Shown piece after piece: positions 24,325-37,954 of a stretch of 63,870 nucleotides of DNA (position 1 is the stretch's first letter; each line of letters starts with the position of its first letter). The position numbers and the translations under genes were made by a program. Source of the stretch: Chiloscyllium plagiosum (lineage: Eukaryota); NCBI RefSeq assembly GCF_004010195.1, contig NC_057719.1:78454393-78518262 (forward strand). Reading direction: 5' to 3'. The notes under the pieces were generated by a model. That model was not told the DNA's origin and did no database searches. It saw only the letters and a list, made by a program, of their open reading frames with translations.

Positions 24325-25075
24325 TCGTGGGGTCCGAGTGTTGCTGGCTGGGCCAGCATTTATTACCTTCCTTGAGAAGGTGACAGTGAGATGTCCACGT
24401 GCTGTAAGTTGGCCCAAAATGCTGCTCAGGAATGAGTTCCAGGATGTTGACCCAGCAACTGTGAAGTCACAGTGATTTATGTCCAAGTCAGGGTGGTGCT
24501 CAGCCTCGGGGGTGGGAGGGAGGGGAGGGAAATCTTACAGATGGTAGCATTTACACATGTTGTTGCCCTTGACCTCCTAGAAGGAAGTGGTCAGGATTTC
24601 GGAAGGTGCTGCCTAAGGAGCCTTGGTGAATTTCTGCGGAGTATCTTACAGACAGTACACGCTGCTGCTATGGAGCATAGGTAGCTAAGGGAGTGAATGT
24701 TTGTTGATGTGGTGCTAATCAAGCAGGCTGCTTTTTCCTGGGTGGTGTTGTTGGAGCTGCACCCATCTGGGTGATTGGGGAATATTCAAATTATTGACTT
24801 CTGTCTCATAGCTGGACAAACTTTGGGGAGTCAGAAGATGAGTCACTCATTGTGGGATTCTTAGACTCTAACCTGCTCTTAAACTGGCTAGTGAAGTCAG
24901 TGGAAACCCCAGAATGTTGACAGTACGGGGTTCAGTGATGGTGATACCTTTTGAATGTCAAAGATCAATGAATAGATACTCTGTTGGAGATGGTTGTTGC
25001 CTGGCATTTATATGGCACAATGTTACTTGCCACTTGTCAGGCCAGTTTGGATATTGTCCAGGTCTAGCTGCATTT
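24325..25075 (-). mobile_element. 'Family B' LINE 3' portion
   Basis: Antisense to 59060-59942 (gctggctgggccagcatttatt, gagttccaggatgttgacccagc). Confidence 0.75.
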
Positions 25076-25214
25076 GCTATGAGCCCAGGCTGTCCTTTTT
25101 AATAGAATATTCTTCTGCCAAGGGTGTATAACAGTTGTCAGAAGAGCAATTACATCCCCATCTGCACAAATTAATGTAGCAGCTGACAAATGCTGATGCA
25201 CAACAGAAATTCAC

Positions 25215-25545
25215 CGAGACTCCTTAGGGAACACTTTCTAAACCCGTGGCCATTACAATCTAGAAGAAAAAGGGTAGCAGATGCATGGGAACGCTGCTCC
25301 CTGGCATTTTCCCCTCAAAGCCACACATGATCCTGACTTGGAAGTGAATCTCCATTCCTTCAGTGCTACTAGGTCAACGTCTTGGACTTCCCTCCTTAGC
25401 AGCATTGTGGATCTACCTACAGCAAATGGACTGCTGCTGTCCAATATGGCAGCTCACCACCACCTTCTGAAGGGCAACTAAGGATGGGCAGTAAATGCCA
25501 GTACAGCCAGAGAAGCCCTTAGCCTTTGAATAAATGAAAAAAAAT
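25215..25545 (+). mobile_element. 'Family B' LINE 3' end
   Basis: gcagctcaccaccaccttctgaagggcaactaaggatgggcagtaaatgc plus an A-rich end. Confidence 0.75.
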
Positions 25546-27058
25546 CAACACATTTCTTGAGATTGTTCTTTTTTTAAGTACATGGGTTATTTTTCACTAT
25601 TAATGCTGAGCATTAATCAGATATTGAAGATTTCATAGTGCTGTACTCACCATCTTGATCATATGTTGGATTGATTAGTTGCTATTTTGATCAACTTCCA
25701 AGCAATCCAGGCCTCTGACTGTATCACATGGCCACGCAATTAAAGTGTTGAACTAGAACTTTTATCTCACAATGATGTCCCTGCTTCTAAAATGTCATCT
25801 CCAGGTTGAAGTCTAACTCCATGGCCAAGTAATGGCCAAGGAAGGTCTGTTCATAATAATGAATTTCAACCTACTAATCCTGTCAACCCTCTCCCACAGA
25901 GTGGGAGAGATTCCTAGCCAGCCATGCAATGGAAAAAAACACTGCAGATTCTGTCATTGCTATCCATAGCTCCAGAGTACAACACATACGTTAAAAAGTG
26001 TAAAAACACAAACTTTTCGGAGAACAGGCTGGCATAGTTGGCCAGTGTAAATCGGTTTGGTGCATGATGCTCAATTCTTGGATTAGGATCAGGACCAGCA
26101 TCCTTGTCCTTCCCATTGTGGAGACTTTGGCACTGTAGGTGGGATGTGCCATTTGGTAGAGAATTAAAGAAAGATCATGCAGAAACCCATGAATAGCATT
26201 CTTCCTTAAATTCTACAACAGTTCTACCGTTCATACAAATTGAATCACTGCATGAGATATGCAAATGACACTACATATTGAAGACTTAATGAATACAGCT
26301 GTTAAGAGCCACAATCTACACTAATTGACCGTCTGGAGGGTCTGATTTTCGTGATTAAATTCAACTCAAGGATATTCCATCCAGAAGCTACCCAATAGTG
26401 TCTCTTACCATTTTTTTCCTATCTCTAGGATTGTATATGGTGCTGTCTCTGGATTCAGTGAGGCTGGTAGAAAACATCTATTGTTGCAATGTATACAATG
26501 AGGATGATGCAAAAAGCCTTCAAGGGGATTTGATAAGACCAAGTGAGTGGCCAAGAATACAATAAATGGGATATAATGTATATATGTATGAGGGTATCGG
26601 GTGTGATAGATGGAATGGAAGTGCAAAGTATTTCTTAAATGGTGAAAGATTGAGAAGTGTTGATATTGCATGTTACCTGGAGATCCTTTCTCATAGGGTC
26701 AGGGCCATACAGCATGGAAACAGACCCTTCAGTACAACCAGTCCATACCAAACATAATCCCAAACTAAACTATTCCCACCTGCCTGCTCCTGACCTATAT
26801 CTCTCCAAACTTTTCCTTTTCATATATTTATGCAAATGTCTTTTAAATGTTGTAATTGTACCCACATCACTGCTTCCTCAGGAAGGTCATTCTACATGCA
26901 AACTACCCTTCGTGTAAAAAAACAAATTGCCCCATGTGTTTTTTTAAATCTCTCTCCTCTCTCCTTAAAAGTGTGTCGCCTGGTCTTGAAATCCCCCATC
27001 CTTTGGAGAGACACCTACCATTTAACTCTATGTGTAACCCTCACGATTTTCTAAATTT

Positions 27059-27366
27059 GGGTGGCACAGTGGTTAGCACTGCTGCCTCACAGCGCCAGAG
27101 ACCCAGGTTCAATTCCCGCCTCAGGCGACTGACTGTGTGGAGTTTCCACGTTCTCCCCGTGTCTGCGTGGGTTTCCTCTGGGTGCTCCGGTTTCCTCCCA
27201 CAGTCCAAAGATGTGCAGATCAGGTGAATTGGCCATGCTAAATTGCTCGTAGTGTTAGGTAAGGGGTAAATGTAGGGGTATGGGTGGGTTGCGCTTCGGT
27301 GGGGCGGTGTGGACTTCATGGGCCGAAGGGCCTGTTTCCAAACTATAAGTAATCTAATCTAATCTA
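27059..27366 (+). mobile_element. HE1 V-SINE, near full length, young
   Basis: Near-identical to 2422-2744. Confidence 0.92.
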
Positions 27367-27773
27367 AACCTCTCAACCTCCCAATCTCCAGTGAAAAACA
27401 TTCCCAGCCTATCCTGTCTTTCTTCAGAACTCAAACCTTCCATACCCAGCAGCATCCTGGTAAATCTCTCTTCTGAACCCTCTCCAGTTTAATAATATCC
27501 TTCCTGTAACAAGGCGACCAGAACTGGATGCAGTATTCCAGAAGAGGCCACACCATTGTCCTATACAACTTCAACAAGACTTCCCAACTCCTATACTCAA
27601 AGGTCTGAGCATGAGATGAAAGGGAATTTCAGATAAGGAATTAATCAGATCCCCAGGAAATACCATGTGTGCCAAATGCCTTTTTAACCACTCTGTCTAT
27701 ATGTGATTCAAACTTCAAAGAATCATGTACTTGCACCCTTGGGTCCCTTTTGTTCTTCAACATTACCCAAGGC

Positions 27774-27945
27774 GAAAGTGAGGACTGCAGATGCTGGAAA
27801 TCAGAATCTAGATTAGAGTGGTGCTGGAAAAGCACAGCAGGTCAGGCATCATCACCCTTCATTAGGCTTTTGTCCGAAACGTCAATTTTCCTGCTCCTCG
27901 GATGCTGCCTGACCTGCTGTGCTTTTCCAGCACCACTCTAATCTA
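27774..27945. mobile_element. Penelope-derived hairpin element (second family)
   Basis: Arms tagattagagtggtgctggaaaagcacagcaggtcaggca / tgcctgacctgctgtgcttttccagcaccactctaatcta; 15-bp TSD aacaYtacccaaggc at 27759-27773 and 27946-27960. Confidence 0.85.
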
Positions 27946-30164
27946 AACACTACCCAAGGCCCTACCATTAATTGTATAAGCCTTACCCCTGTTTGTTGCA
28001 TCAAAATGCAATACCTTACATTTATCCAGATTGAGCCCCATCTGCCATTTCTCAGCCCATTGACCCATTTGATCAAGATCCTATTGTAATCAGTTAACAT
28101 GCAGGTGCACCAAATAATTGGTCAAATTACCATCTGCTGGCCTTTATTACAAGAGGATTTGAATGCAGGAATAAGATATCTTGTTTTGATTGTATAGCAT
28201 ACTGATGAGAATGCACCTGGAGTATTGTGTGCATTTCCAGTCCCCTTACCTAAGGAAGGATTTATCTTCCACAGAGGGAATGCAGCAGATATCACCAGAC
28301 TGCATCCTGGGAGAGAGGAGCTATCCTGTGATGAGAGATTGAGGAAACTGAGCTTTTCTGCTCTAGAGTTTAGAAGAGTGAGAGGTGAACTCATCCAAAC
28401 TTATAAAATCCGAAAAGGAATAGACAAGATAATGCAAAAAAAGACATTTCCATGAGTTGGGGGAATTGGCGGGGGGTGGCAGAGTGGTAATGTATATCTG
28501 AGCGCAGAAGACACAGTCTCAGATTAAGGGACAAGTCAGTTAAGACTGAGGTGATGAGGAATTTCTTTATGCATGTGTTAGTCAATCTAAGGAATCTCAG
28601 TCGGTTTATATTTTCAAGACAGAAACCAATAGATTTCCAGGTACATCAAAGGATGTGGAGATAATGCTGGAAAATTACATGGAGGTAGATGGTTTTCCAT
28701 GAACTGAAATAGTGGAGGGGCTGAATGGTCTATTCCTACACCCATGTTCCTGTATATACTGTGATGTGTGTGTTGCCACAGCAAATTGGACTCCTTGGGG
28801 AACTAGTTGGCCATAGGGCTAATGTGGATATCGGGCTGGTGTCAACAGCATGGGGTTTGATTCTGGTTCCAACTGGGTCGGACTCAGGACCTGCCACCTT
28901 GCCCTATCTGTAATGCAGTTTGTGACACTATGGGTTGGACCTACCTTTACACAAACAGCTAAAGGATTGAAGGTTTCATGTTGGTGTCTATTAGAGTTGT
29001 AATGTAGAAAAGGTGTTAGGAAATATCAGAAATAATAATACTTGGCCAAATGGGCAAGATCACTCAATTTCTTCTGAAGGTGTTTCCTGGGGATCAGACT
29101 AATTCCTGCTCTGGAACTTCCTTTCATCTCCTGTTTTTCATGCATGCTGCAGAGTTGCCCTGAGAACGTGTGTACTCCTCAGTCTGGAATACAATGTCAC
29201 GCTTTCTGTGATAGACCCTTCAAGCCTGTCTTGGGATATGACGGAGTATGATTGAGGAGACTTCCCTGTGGTCCAACATTATCCTGTGCCATCCTCACTT
29301 CAAGAGCTACTGCCCATGTTTTTTTTTTGAATGGTTGATTGAAAATTGTGACTCTATCATTGGGCAAGATGCATGTTAGTGCTTGAGAACTCATGTGCAT
29401 CTTGCCTTTAATAACCAGGCTCAAGCCACTGAGTGTCTCAGATGCTGGAGGAAAATTAGTCCCAATATATTTAAAATACCAGCAAGTAGTCCATATACCT
29501 CATTGTCTTTTTATGAAAGACATCTTAGAGCAAACAGTCTGGAAACTTCCAAATATCATCACATTGGTCAGCAGATTCGTGTATTAAACAGCCTAACAAA
29601 TGAAGGAAAATTTTAAATTGTCATTATAAATGTTAATATGCAGGCACATTTTCAGAATTTTTGACACATCCTCTCAATGTTCATTTTATTATCTAAAGCT
29701 GTAATTATCTAACTTACCAAAAAAAAGCATAATTACAACTAGTAAATTGTTTAAAATAGCAAATTATGCAAATTGATTAAATCACTTTAAATAAGTTTTA
29801 GAGTGTGAACATGATGCAGTAATTTGGAATTTGAAACTGTCATCGATTTTCAAACAGGTCCCTATTGACATGAGCAAAGTCAAACCATTACAGATTAAAA
29901 AATAGCTTCTGCTTTAATTGGAAATAACATTGAATTGTGTGTTTAGAAAAAAATAAGAAATAAAATCATATAATACTGCAGTACAAAAACATTCCATTTT
30001 TTAAAAATCAAAACATTTCACCTTACAATCAGGACAGAATGCAAGAATTTCAAAGGGCACAATAATTTTCCGTGCATTGTACTGCTGTTATCTGCATATT
30101 TTTTCAGTTCTGTAAACTAGCTGAGTAAGATGCTAATATGAACTTTATAGGCCATCTGTATTTC

Positions 30165-30515
30165 ACAAGACACACTCTTACCTCTGAATCACCAGGTTAT
30201 GAGTTAAGTTCCCCTCGCGATTGAAGCATATAATCCAGGCGAATACACAGTACAGTACTGAAGGATGATTGCACTGCTGTCTTTTGAGTGGAATGCTAAA
30301 ATGAAGCCTTAGTTGTTCTCCTAGATTGATGCAATCTGTCCCACCATTTCAAGGAATATCCTCATTGTCTGGCCTTCACTTGTTCTTCAGTTAACATTGC
30401 TTGAGGTTTGCTGTATATTAAGTGGTCGCTATAGTTCATACATTACAAGCCCGCCACAATTACTTCATTGGCAGTGCACTGCTTGAGGTAATATAAGTGC
30501 AAGGTTTTCTTTCTT
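30165..30515 (+). mobile_element. DeuSINE (SacSINE1-like), old
   Basis: cactcttacctctgaatcacc..ttgaagcatataatccaggc..cagtacagtactgaagga..tacattaca..tataagtgcaagg follows the SacSINE1/Deu-domain layout. Confidence 0.6.
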
Positions 30516-32099
30516 TAATCTGGTCTTAGAAACACATTAAAAAGCAGCAGGGACAGGTCTAGTTGCAACTGCAAAATCTTTCAATTATTCTCTATAATTG
30601 CAAATGTGTTGTGATAAAGGTGTCTAACATATGTTATCATTTGGATTTTTAAAATCGAGGCAGAAGGATTTTGGCTTAAGTTCTGTGAAGGTAACTTTTT
30701 TTTAAAAAAGAGGTCAGAAAGTAATTTGGAAAGTGATTTAAATGCATTATTTTCAAGTAGTCATGTGACCAGCCAGATACTATTGATTTTAATTGATAAA
30801 GTATTTACACTATGCCGTTCAGAAAAACAAATGGTCAGGAAACATTAGTGATTTCGTTAGAGTTTAGTTCAAAACCAGCTGGTTTCAATTTCCTGCTCAC
30901 ACAATAATCTTTTTTTTTCTATTTAGGAGAATAGTTTCACTGTAGCAACAAGGTAGATTATTTTCTGTGACGTCTCCAACCTATAAGAGTTTGTATTAAA
31001 GTTTTCAAACTGTCAAGACTGAAAAATGATTTCAGCCATCAGAACTAGAGGAGATTCATGCCTCGGAACTGGAACAATGGACTTGCCGAAACAATTGAGA
31101 CATTTAATGCAAAGTTGAAAGAGTGAGCAAAGTCAGAAATTGAAGATGGGAGTGGTATTTCACTTGGATTGATGATCTGAAAAGGATATTGCTGGGAAAG
31201 AGGTTGAATCTGTGGTTTTGTTGTCTAGATTAAGAGCAGATCATATTTATTTGTATGTATACATTTTTCTAAGTTTCTTTTTGGGGAATAACTTGTTCTC
31301 TTGTGTCAAAGAATATTAGCAGCCACGTGTGCATATTTTCAGTAACTAACTGCCATGGTGATCGACCACAAAAGTTAAGTTTATAATCTGTTAATCCAGT
31401 TTTACTCTGGGATGTGAATTGGCCAGTTTTATCATCAACTGGGATCACAACAATAGGTCTGGAACACAGACTGAAGCATGGACTCCTCCTCTTCAAGGAG
31501 TCTATGAAGAGATTGTGTGGGTGCTGAGGAGAGGTAGGTCACCTAGATTTGGGTCTGGATCAGTGAGACTTTGTACAAATACAAGTGCACAATGCTCAAA
31601 ACATATTTTCTGCATCTGGCCTACATCTTACGGAATGTGCTGCTTCATTATTTCTCCCTTAATGCAAATAACCAATAGAATAGATATTGAGATCCATGGT
31701 TACTTTTATGGGAGGTCACCGGTATGAGGTACTGACATTTCTGAGTTGTTCACAGGCAGTGTATTTTTCATTATGCTGAATAGATGGCAAACCATTTTAT
31801 CAGCTAAAGACTCTGTCAATCATAAAACGTCTGCGTCTGATGAAGCCTGCAGCAATGTTTCTGATTTCCTTTCAAAGTTTGATGAAATGAATCGCTCCCC
31901 CCAAACCACCTCCACAATCAGAGTTTGTTAATATTTAATGTTTGGGGAAGGAGGGACGGTGGAGGTCAGAGAGAGTGTGCCTAAAATGTTTGTAGATCTA
32001 ATGTCTAAAAGTGTTTTCAACCCCATTCAGGCCAGTCAGTCCAACAACAGTACTTAGGAAGATTCCTGAGACCAGAATAGACTCAGTTAATTGTCTCTT

Positions 32100-32450
32100 T
32101 GAATAGCATGAATTGGCATGTAACAGCTCAATATGGTCAAGCCTAATTGCGTCTGACAAACTTGATTGTCAGATAAAGAAAGGGGAGGGTAGCACATTTT
32201 GATTCTTGTCTATGTCACTTTCAAAAGTTGATTGATAATGTGCCACATTAAAGAGTTGTTAACAAAATTGAAATCTATGAGATTACTGAGGTACTAGCAA
32301 AGTGGATATGAAATTGATACAGCCAAAGAAAAGAGTAGGAGTAAACCATTGTTTGTTTGACTAGATGGAAATGGAAATATACTGTGATGGATCTCAGCAG
32401 TCAGTATTGGAACCATTGTTGTTTTGATATCTCAATGACCTTTGACCCAG
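32100..32450 (+). mobile_element. Very old CR1 RT remnant
   Basis: ctgacaaacttgatt (LTNLI), gataatgtgccacat (D.VPH), tcagtattggaaccattgtt (SVL.PLL). Confidence 0.55.
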
Positions 32451-33920
32451 AATCAGTAGTATGTAAAAGTTGTAATTAAATGTCTGTGGTATCTGCATTC
32501 TTTTTAATATTTAAAGAGTTTTTAAGCACTTCCATCAATTATAAAAAGATTAATTGTACCTTTCTTGCATGAGAGATACTGGTCCTTTGACCCAGCAGCC
32601 ATTCTCCTGGAACAAGTACAACAGGAAGTAAGTAGCACATGGTTGCAGTGGGGTGTGATAGAAAATAGAGCTACAAGCCAAAAACTTGGAGGCAAGCTGA
32701 CCGATTTTGCCCCTTTTGTTTTTATTTTGTTGAATTGTTCCATAGTTCCAGCTATTCTCCCTCATCCCTTCTTGTTTTTGTTTCTTCCCAGGCTAATATT
32801 TGTCCCATATGTCTCCAAGTCATTTGCCCAACCACACTTCTGCCTTTGATCCTGACTCAGTTGCCTCGTTTCTGTGTTCTTGGAAATAATGGGTCCAGGT
32901 ATGATGATCAGATGATGAAAGTTAACCTTCTATAGTCCATATTTACTGGTATAATACTCTAAAATGGGATTGTTAGCCTTCTAAATTGAAGGATAGAGTG
33001 CAAAAGTCACTAAATGTATTATTCATTTGTTTGGTGACTGAACATACTCAAAATCCAAGTGAAAGCCCCTTCACTTATGGAGTTTAAGGTGATTATGTGG
33101 AACTTAGTCTGTAGAAGGTACTCTCCTTGGCAACATGCAGCATTGTTAAAATCCCTTATTTCTATCTGGAGAGAGACAAATAGAGAGACTCTAATAATGC
33201 AGGTTTGCTCTGCAGGAGTCCTGACTTGTCCTGTACTTTTTTTTAAGCAAGGACCACTCTTGCTTTGGAAGTTCAAAGCCTACCATTTGACTGATGGGTT
33301 TTGCCATAAGAATCCTATGACTTTCCATGGGTTCTGTGCTTTAATCCAAAGTGAATTTATGATAAGTAATTACTAATTAATCATTAGTTCAGCTTCAGCT
33401 AGAAAAGTGTTTCCAATTCTCAACATCACACCTTGGGAAGGATGTCAAACGCCTAAGGAGGGTACAGATGAAATTTGTTAGTTTCATACCAGCGATCACG
33501 TGATTTAGGTACATGGAGAGAATCTAAAAGCTGAGAATGCAGTCCTTAAAGCAAAGGATGTTTTTGGACATGGTAGAACAGTCTAGATGGGCCAAATGGC
33601 TTACGCTTCCTCCTATCAGGCCACTCAGATCCTTGAGTTTACTTTGCTTTTCAATAAGATTGTGGGTGATTTGATAATGATCTTAACTCCACTTGACTGT
33701 CTGATCCTCATAACCCTTAACACCCCTGTCTATGGGGGACTATAAGAAGGCTTTTCAAATGTATGAGGAGTCTTAATGTAGGGAGTAAATTTTATAGTGA
33801 TATAACATGCACCTCTAAGGGAGTGTATCTGAGCTGTCAATCATTACACACATTGAAGGGATGTGATGCATTAATCCTATGACAGATTCTGCATTGGTGA
33901 TCAAGTGTACTGTACATAAG

Positions 33921-34041
33921 GTAAAAACAAGGGCTGCAGATGCTGGAAACCAGATTCTAGATTAGAGTGGTGCTGGAAAAGCACAGCAGTTCAGGCAGCA
34001 TCCGAGGAGCAGGAAAATCGACGGTTCGGGCTAAAGCCCTT
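33921..34041 (-). mobile_element. Penelope terminal-repeat fragment (second family)
   Basis: ctgcagatgctggaaaccagattctagattagagtggtgctggaaaagcacagc..aggagcaggaaaatcgacggttcgggctaaagccctt; flanked by acataag repeats. Confidence 0.8.
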
Positions 34042-35429
34042 GCACATAAGCCTATTTCCAGATAGTAGAAGCTTTCTTTAAACAAAGAATCCTCATTTAT
34101 TTTACTGGGCCTTGTGTGTGATTAGTCCTCTTAGTGTGATTGTTACTTTTACGTCTAAAATCAAAGTTTGTACGAGTAATCATTTACTTAATCAAAATCC
34201 TATGGTGAAATTAGATATTCTGTATAAAATGTACTGCTTGAAAGGGATTGGATGCAGATTCAGAATGTAATTAATAGAAGGCAATTGAATTATATGCTGA
34301 AAAAGAATAAAAATTGCAAGGTGATGGGGTTAGGACTGGAAGAGTTAAACTAAATCTTTGGTAAGGCAGGTACAGGTATTAAATGCCTAATAGCTGTCTC
34401 TATGCCTATGTGATATTGTGAGTTTACCTTAAATGACAGAACCTCCATAAAATCATTTGCCTTAACAGTCACAAATTCCTTATTCTAACTACATTCAATC
34501 CTCAGTCTAATAGCCAAGTGTCATACTTCAGGTGTCACTATTCAGCATCCCCCAACTTAAGATCCTTTGTTCATTTTTATGTATCTAAAATGTTCCACCA
34601 ATGCCTGAGACTAGTCCAACATACAAAATAACTCCCATTCCCCCAGTTTGACTCCTCTGCCCAGTGTTGTTACCCAAATGAGTTCCACTTTGGAGCTGTG
34701 AAGAACTTTGACTTCTTGCAATGTTTTGCAACATGTGACTCGAACAGCTAGAAAGAGAATTCACTTGGAAACTTGGTTTGTCATGTCTTAGGCTTTGTGG
34801 AAAATACATTAACTGACAACCACCCTGAAAGCCCTTGGTATCTCATACTTGTACTTTTGAGAAGGTATACCCTTGGATCTTCTACTTGCTCTGTTTGCAA
34901 TTGAAGGAGTCAGCAGTTACAGTAAGGTGCAACTTATGAGTCTGCCAGCTGAAATGTGAAGAGAGATTTCAGAAGACAAAAATCTAAATCCATAATATTA
35001 ATATTGCTAAATTGTGGGGATCTGTGGGGTCAAGTTTGCAGAAATCAGTTTTAAATTTATTCTTGCTAAATCTTTCAAAGAGAGTGTTCAACATAGATTG
35101 GAGAGATAGTAAAAATGAAAAGCGTTCAATCCTTGCTTAAAATTTAGATATTAAAATAGGGAGAGCTTGAAGATTTTTCTGAATTGATGACCAAAGCTGA
35201 GCTGAACAGCTTTTCTCAACTACACTATTGAGATCTGTGTCAACTCCTGACTTTTATTCTTGTATAAAAATCTTCAAACTTCCTGCGCCAGCATTCCTTT
35301 ATTCGATGGTGCTGTAGGACAAAATAGTTGCAGTAATTTAACAATTGTTTTTAGCTGACTAGTTTTTAACTAATTGTCTTTAGTTTCTGAGTAAGAACTA
35401 TGTCCATTACTAGAATATCTATTAAATAA

Positions 35430-35743
35430 TAGATTAGATTTCCTACAGTATGAAAACGGGCCCTTCGGCCCAACAAGTTCACAGTGACCCTTTGAAGAGC
35501 AACCCACCCAGACCCATTCCCCCTACATTTACCTCTGACTAATGTACCTAACACTATGGGCAATTTAGCATGGCCAATTCACCTACCCTGCACATCTTTT
35601 GGATTGTGGGAGGAAACTGGAGCACCCGGAGGAAACCCACGCAGACACTGGGAGAATGTACAAACTCCACACAGACGGGAGGGAATTCAACCCGGGTCCA
35701 TGTTGCTGTGAGGCAGCAGTGCTGCCCACTGAGCCACCGTGCC
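35430..35743 (-). mobile_element. HE1 V-SINE
   Basis: Antisense head, V-domain and agattagatt tail. Confidence 0.88.
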
Positions 35744-36971
35744 ATTTAAATGTTTACTGAATACTGTAATGGGAGCTTTTCCTCTCGTAATCCTGTCTTT
35801 AATATAAATGATGTGCTTGGTTGACAGGGACTTGGGATATTGAACAGCCATTGGAAAAATGGTAAGTATCAGATTTTCTGACAAGTACGAGGCATTGACA
35901 TATGTGAAAAACAATGTAATCAGGTAGAAAAAATTAGTGAATTAGACTGTCTACTGTGAGTACAGAAAAGATTAATCTCTGAATTAAACTGCATTTCTGT
36001 TACTGATGCTTTGTCATCACTGGTTACACTTTATTCTTAGAGTGGCAGGGCTCGAATCTGTTAGGAAGAACCCCTTTTCAGGTAATTGAAAGTTAGAAAA
36101 AGCTACGCAATTTCAGAAAAGGTGGTGATGGAAAATCGTGTGAATGTAGTGATAGCATGCAAGGATGGAGCATTGCACTCGTTTTTTGGATTTCAGAGAG
36201 TCTCCTTCCAGAATCTCCCCAGATTTTGGAGATTATCCTTCTGTCAGTGGGAACTAAACTCAAACTCCTACCCCACGTCATTGTAGTTCAATCTTGCATT
36301 GAGTTGTTATGATACCTTTCTGTGCAGCTTTGGTGTTGCATCTGGTTGGAACTCATCTGAAGCAAAACACAGACTTTCTCACAATTCACAGTAACTTGTA
36401 AGGAACTGGCAACCTCTCTAGATGTCACACAGATGGTTCACATAGCAGAGAGAATATGTCACTAGTGGAGTACTCTTCTTGTGGCTGGAGAACATGATAA
36501 AGAAGAGGAAAGTAGAGAGCAAACTACTGCATATCCCTAACACAGGCTTGGAGGCATTCGGTGTGGACACTGGATAAAGAAAATACTGATGAATGCGTGT
36601 GAACAATTTTATAATTTCTGAAATGAAAACATAACTAGCCACCCATACTTATTGCAATGTTAGCTGATGGTACAACATTGGAATGCAGATGTGTCATGTA
36701 AGTGGTTTGGAGAGTGCCATGAAGATTTTCAGAGGCTGACACACATGTCAGATGTGAATGTCTGTGATGGAGGGGCCTTGTCTGTGTAGATGCCCTGAGG
36801 ATGCGACCTGTAATGTCGGTGCCCATTATCCAACGTGGAAGCCCTTTGGAGCAAAGGGTGGGCTGAATCTACCAGGGGATCACTCTGGTTTCCTTATCAG
36901 GTTTTCCAAATGTTGAGCTTGTTTGATAAGATGGAAGTCTGTTTATTAATGAAGTAAGTGAATTTGTTAAA

Positions 36972-37765
36972 AAGAGGATCTTGACCAGATGGGCCAATGG
37001 GCTGAGAAGTGGCAGATGGAGTTTAATTCAGATAAATGTGAGGTGTTGCATTTTGGGAAAGCAAATCTTAGCAGGACTTATACACTTAATGGTAAGGTCC
37101 TAGGGAGTGTTGCTGAACAAAGAGACCTTGGAGTGCAGGTTCAAATCTTGAAAGTGGAGTCAGAGTATTGAGTACAGGAGTTGGGAGGTCATGTTGCAGC
37201 TGTACAGGACATTGGTTAGGCCACTGTTGGAATATTGCATGCAATTCTGGTCTCCTTCCTATCTGAAAGATGTTGTGAAACTTGAAAGGGTTCAGAAAAG
37301 ATTTACAAGGATGTTGCCAGGGTTGGAGGATTTGAGCTATAGGGAGAGGCTGAACATGCTGGGGCTGTTTTCCCTGCAGGGTCAGAGGCTGAGGGGTGAC
37401 CTTATAGAGGTTTATAAAATTATCAGGGGCATGGATAGGATAAATAGACAAAGTCTTTTCCCTGGGGTCGGGGAGTCCAGAACTAGTGGGCATAGATTTA
37501 GGGCATAGAGGGGAAAGGTATAAAAAAGACAGAAGGGACAACTTTTTCACACAGAGGGTGGTATGTGCATGGAATGAGCTGCCAGTGGTGGAAGCTGGTA
37601 CAATTGCAACATTTTAAGAGGTATTTGGATGGGTACATGAATAGGAAGGGTTTGGAGGGATATGGAACCGGGTGCTGGCAGGTGGGACTAGATTGGGTTG
37701 GGATATCTGGTCGGCATGAACGGGTTGGACTGAAGGGTCTGTTTCCATGCTATTCATCTCTATGA
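36972..37765 (+). mobile_element. CR1/HER1 3' portion, young
   Basis: WAEKWQMEFNSDKCEVLHFG; LYRTLVRPLLEYCMQFWSP..RVQKRFTRMLPGL; intact 3' UTR ending ctctatgac. Confidence 0.93.
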
Positions 37766-37954
37766 CACTCACCTGTCAGTAATCACTCTCCATTGACATC
37801 TCGCTGTTGCCGAGCGAGAGTCTTACCACGCTGCTTTTGCAAAGCATAAAAGATAGAAAAAGATGATCTCAATGTGGAGATGGGCCTTGCCTCCCCATTC
37901 TGACACCTCATTTTCGGCCATTTCATTCAAACTCTGATACTATTCTGCCTGTAG

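Larger units (their letters stand above)
26490..28755. mobile_element. Nested CR1 block: a plus-strand CR1 (about 26490-26680 and 28095-28755) split by a minus-strand CR1 (about 26691-28092)
   Basis: YFLNGERLRSV, then later LSCDERLRKL..EFRRVRGELIQTYKI on the plus strand; antisense CR1 3' end and RT in between. Confidence 0.75.

Noticed and set aside
30660..30690. DFGLS peptide suggesting a kinase subdomain VII exon
   Set aside because: The preceding residues (RQK) do not fit a kinase, and no other kinase motifs occur in the window.
37770..37950. Possible second Myb/SANT relic on the minus strand ending at AG|GTGAG
   Set aside because: Only an AAW-like motif matches; too degenerate to support.
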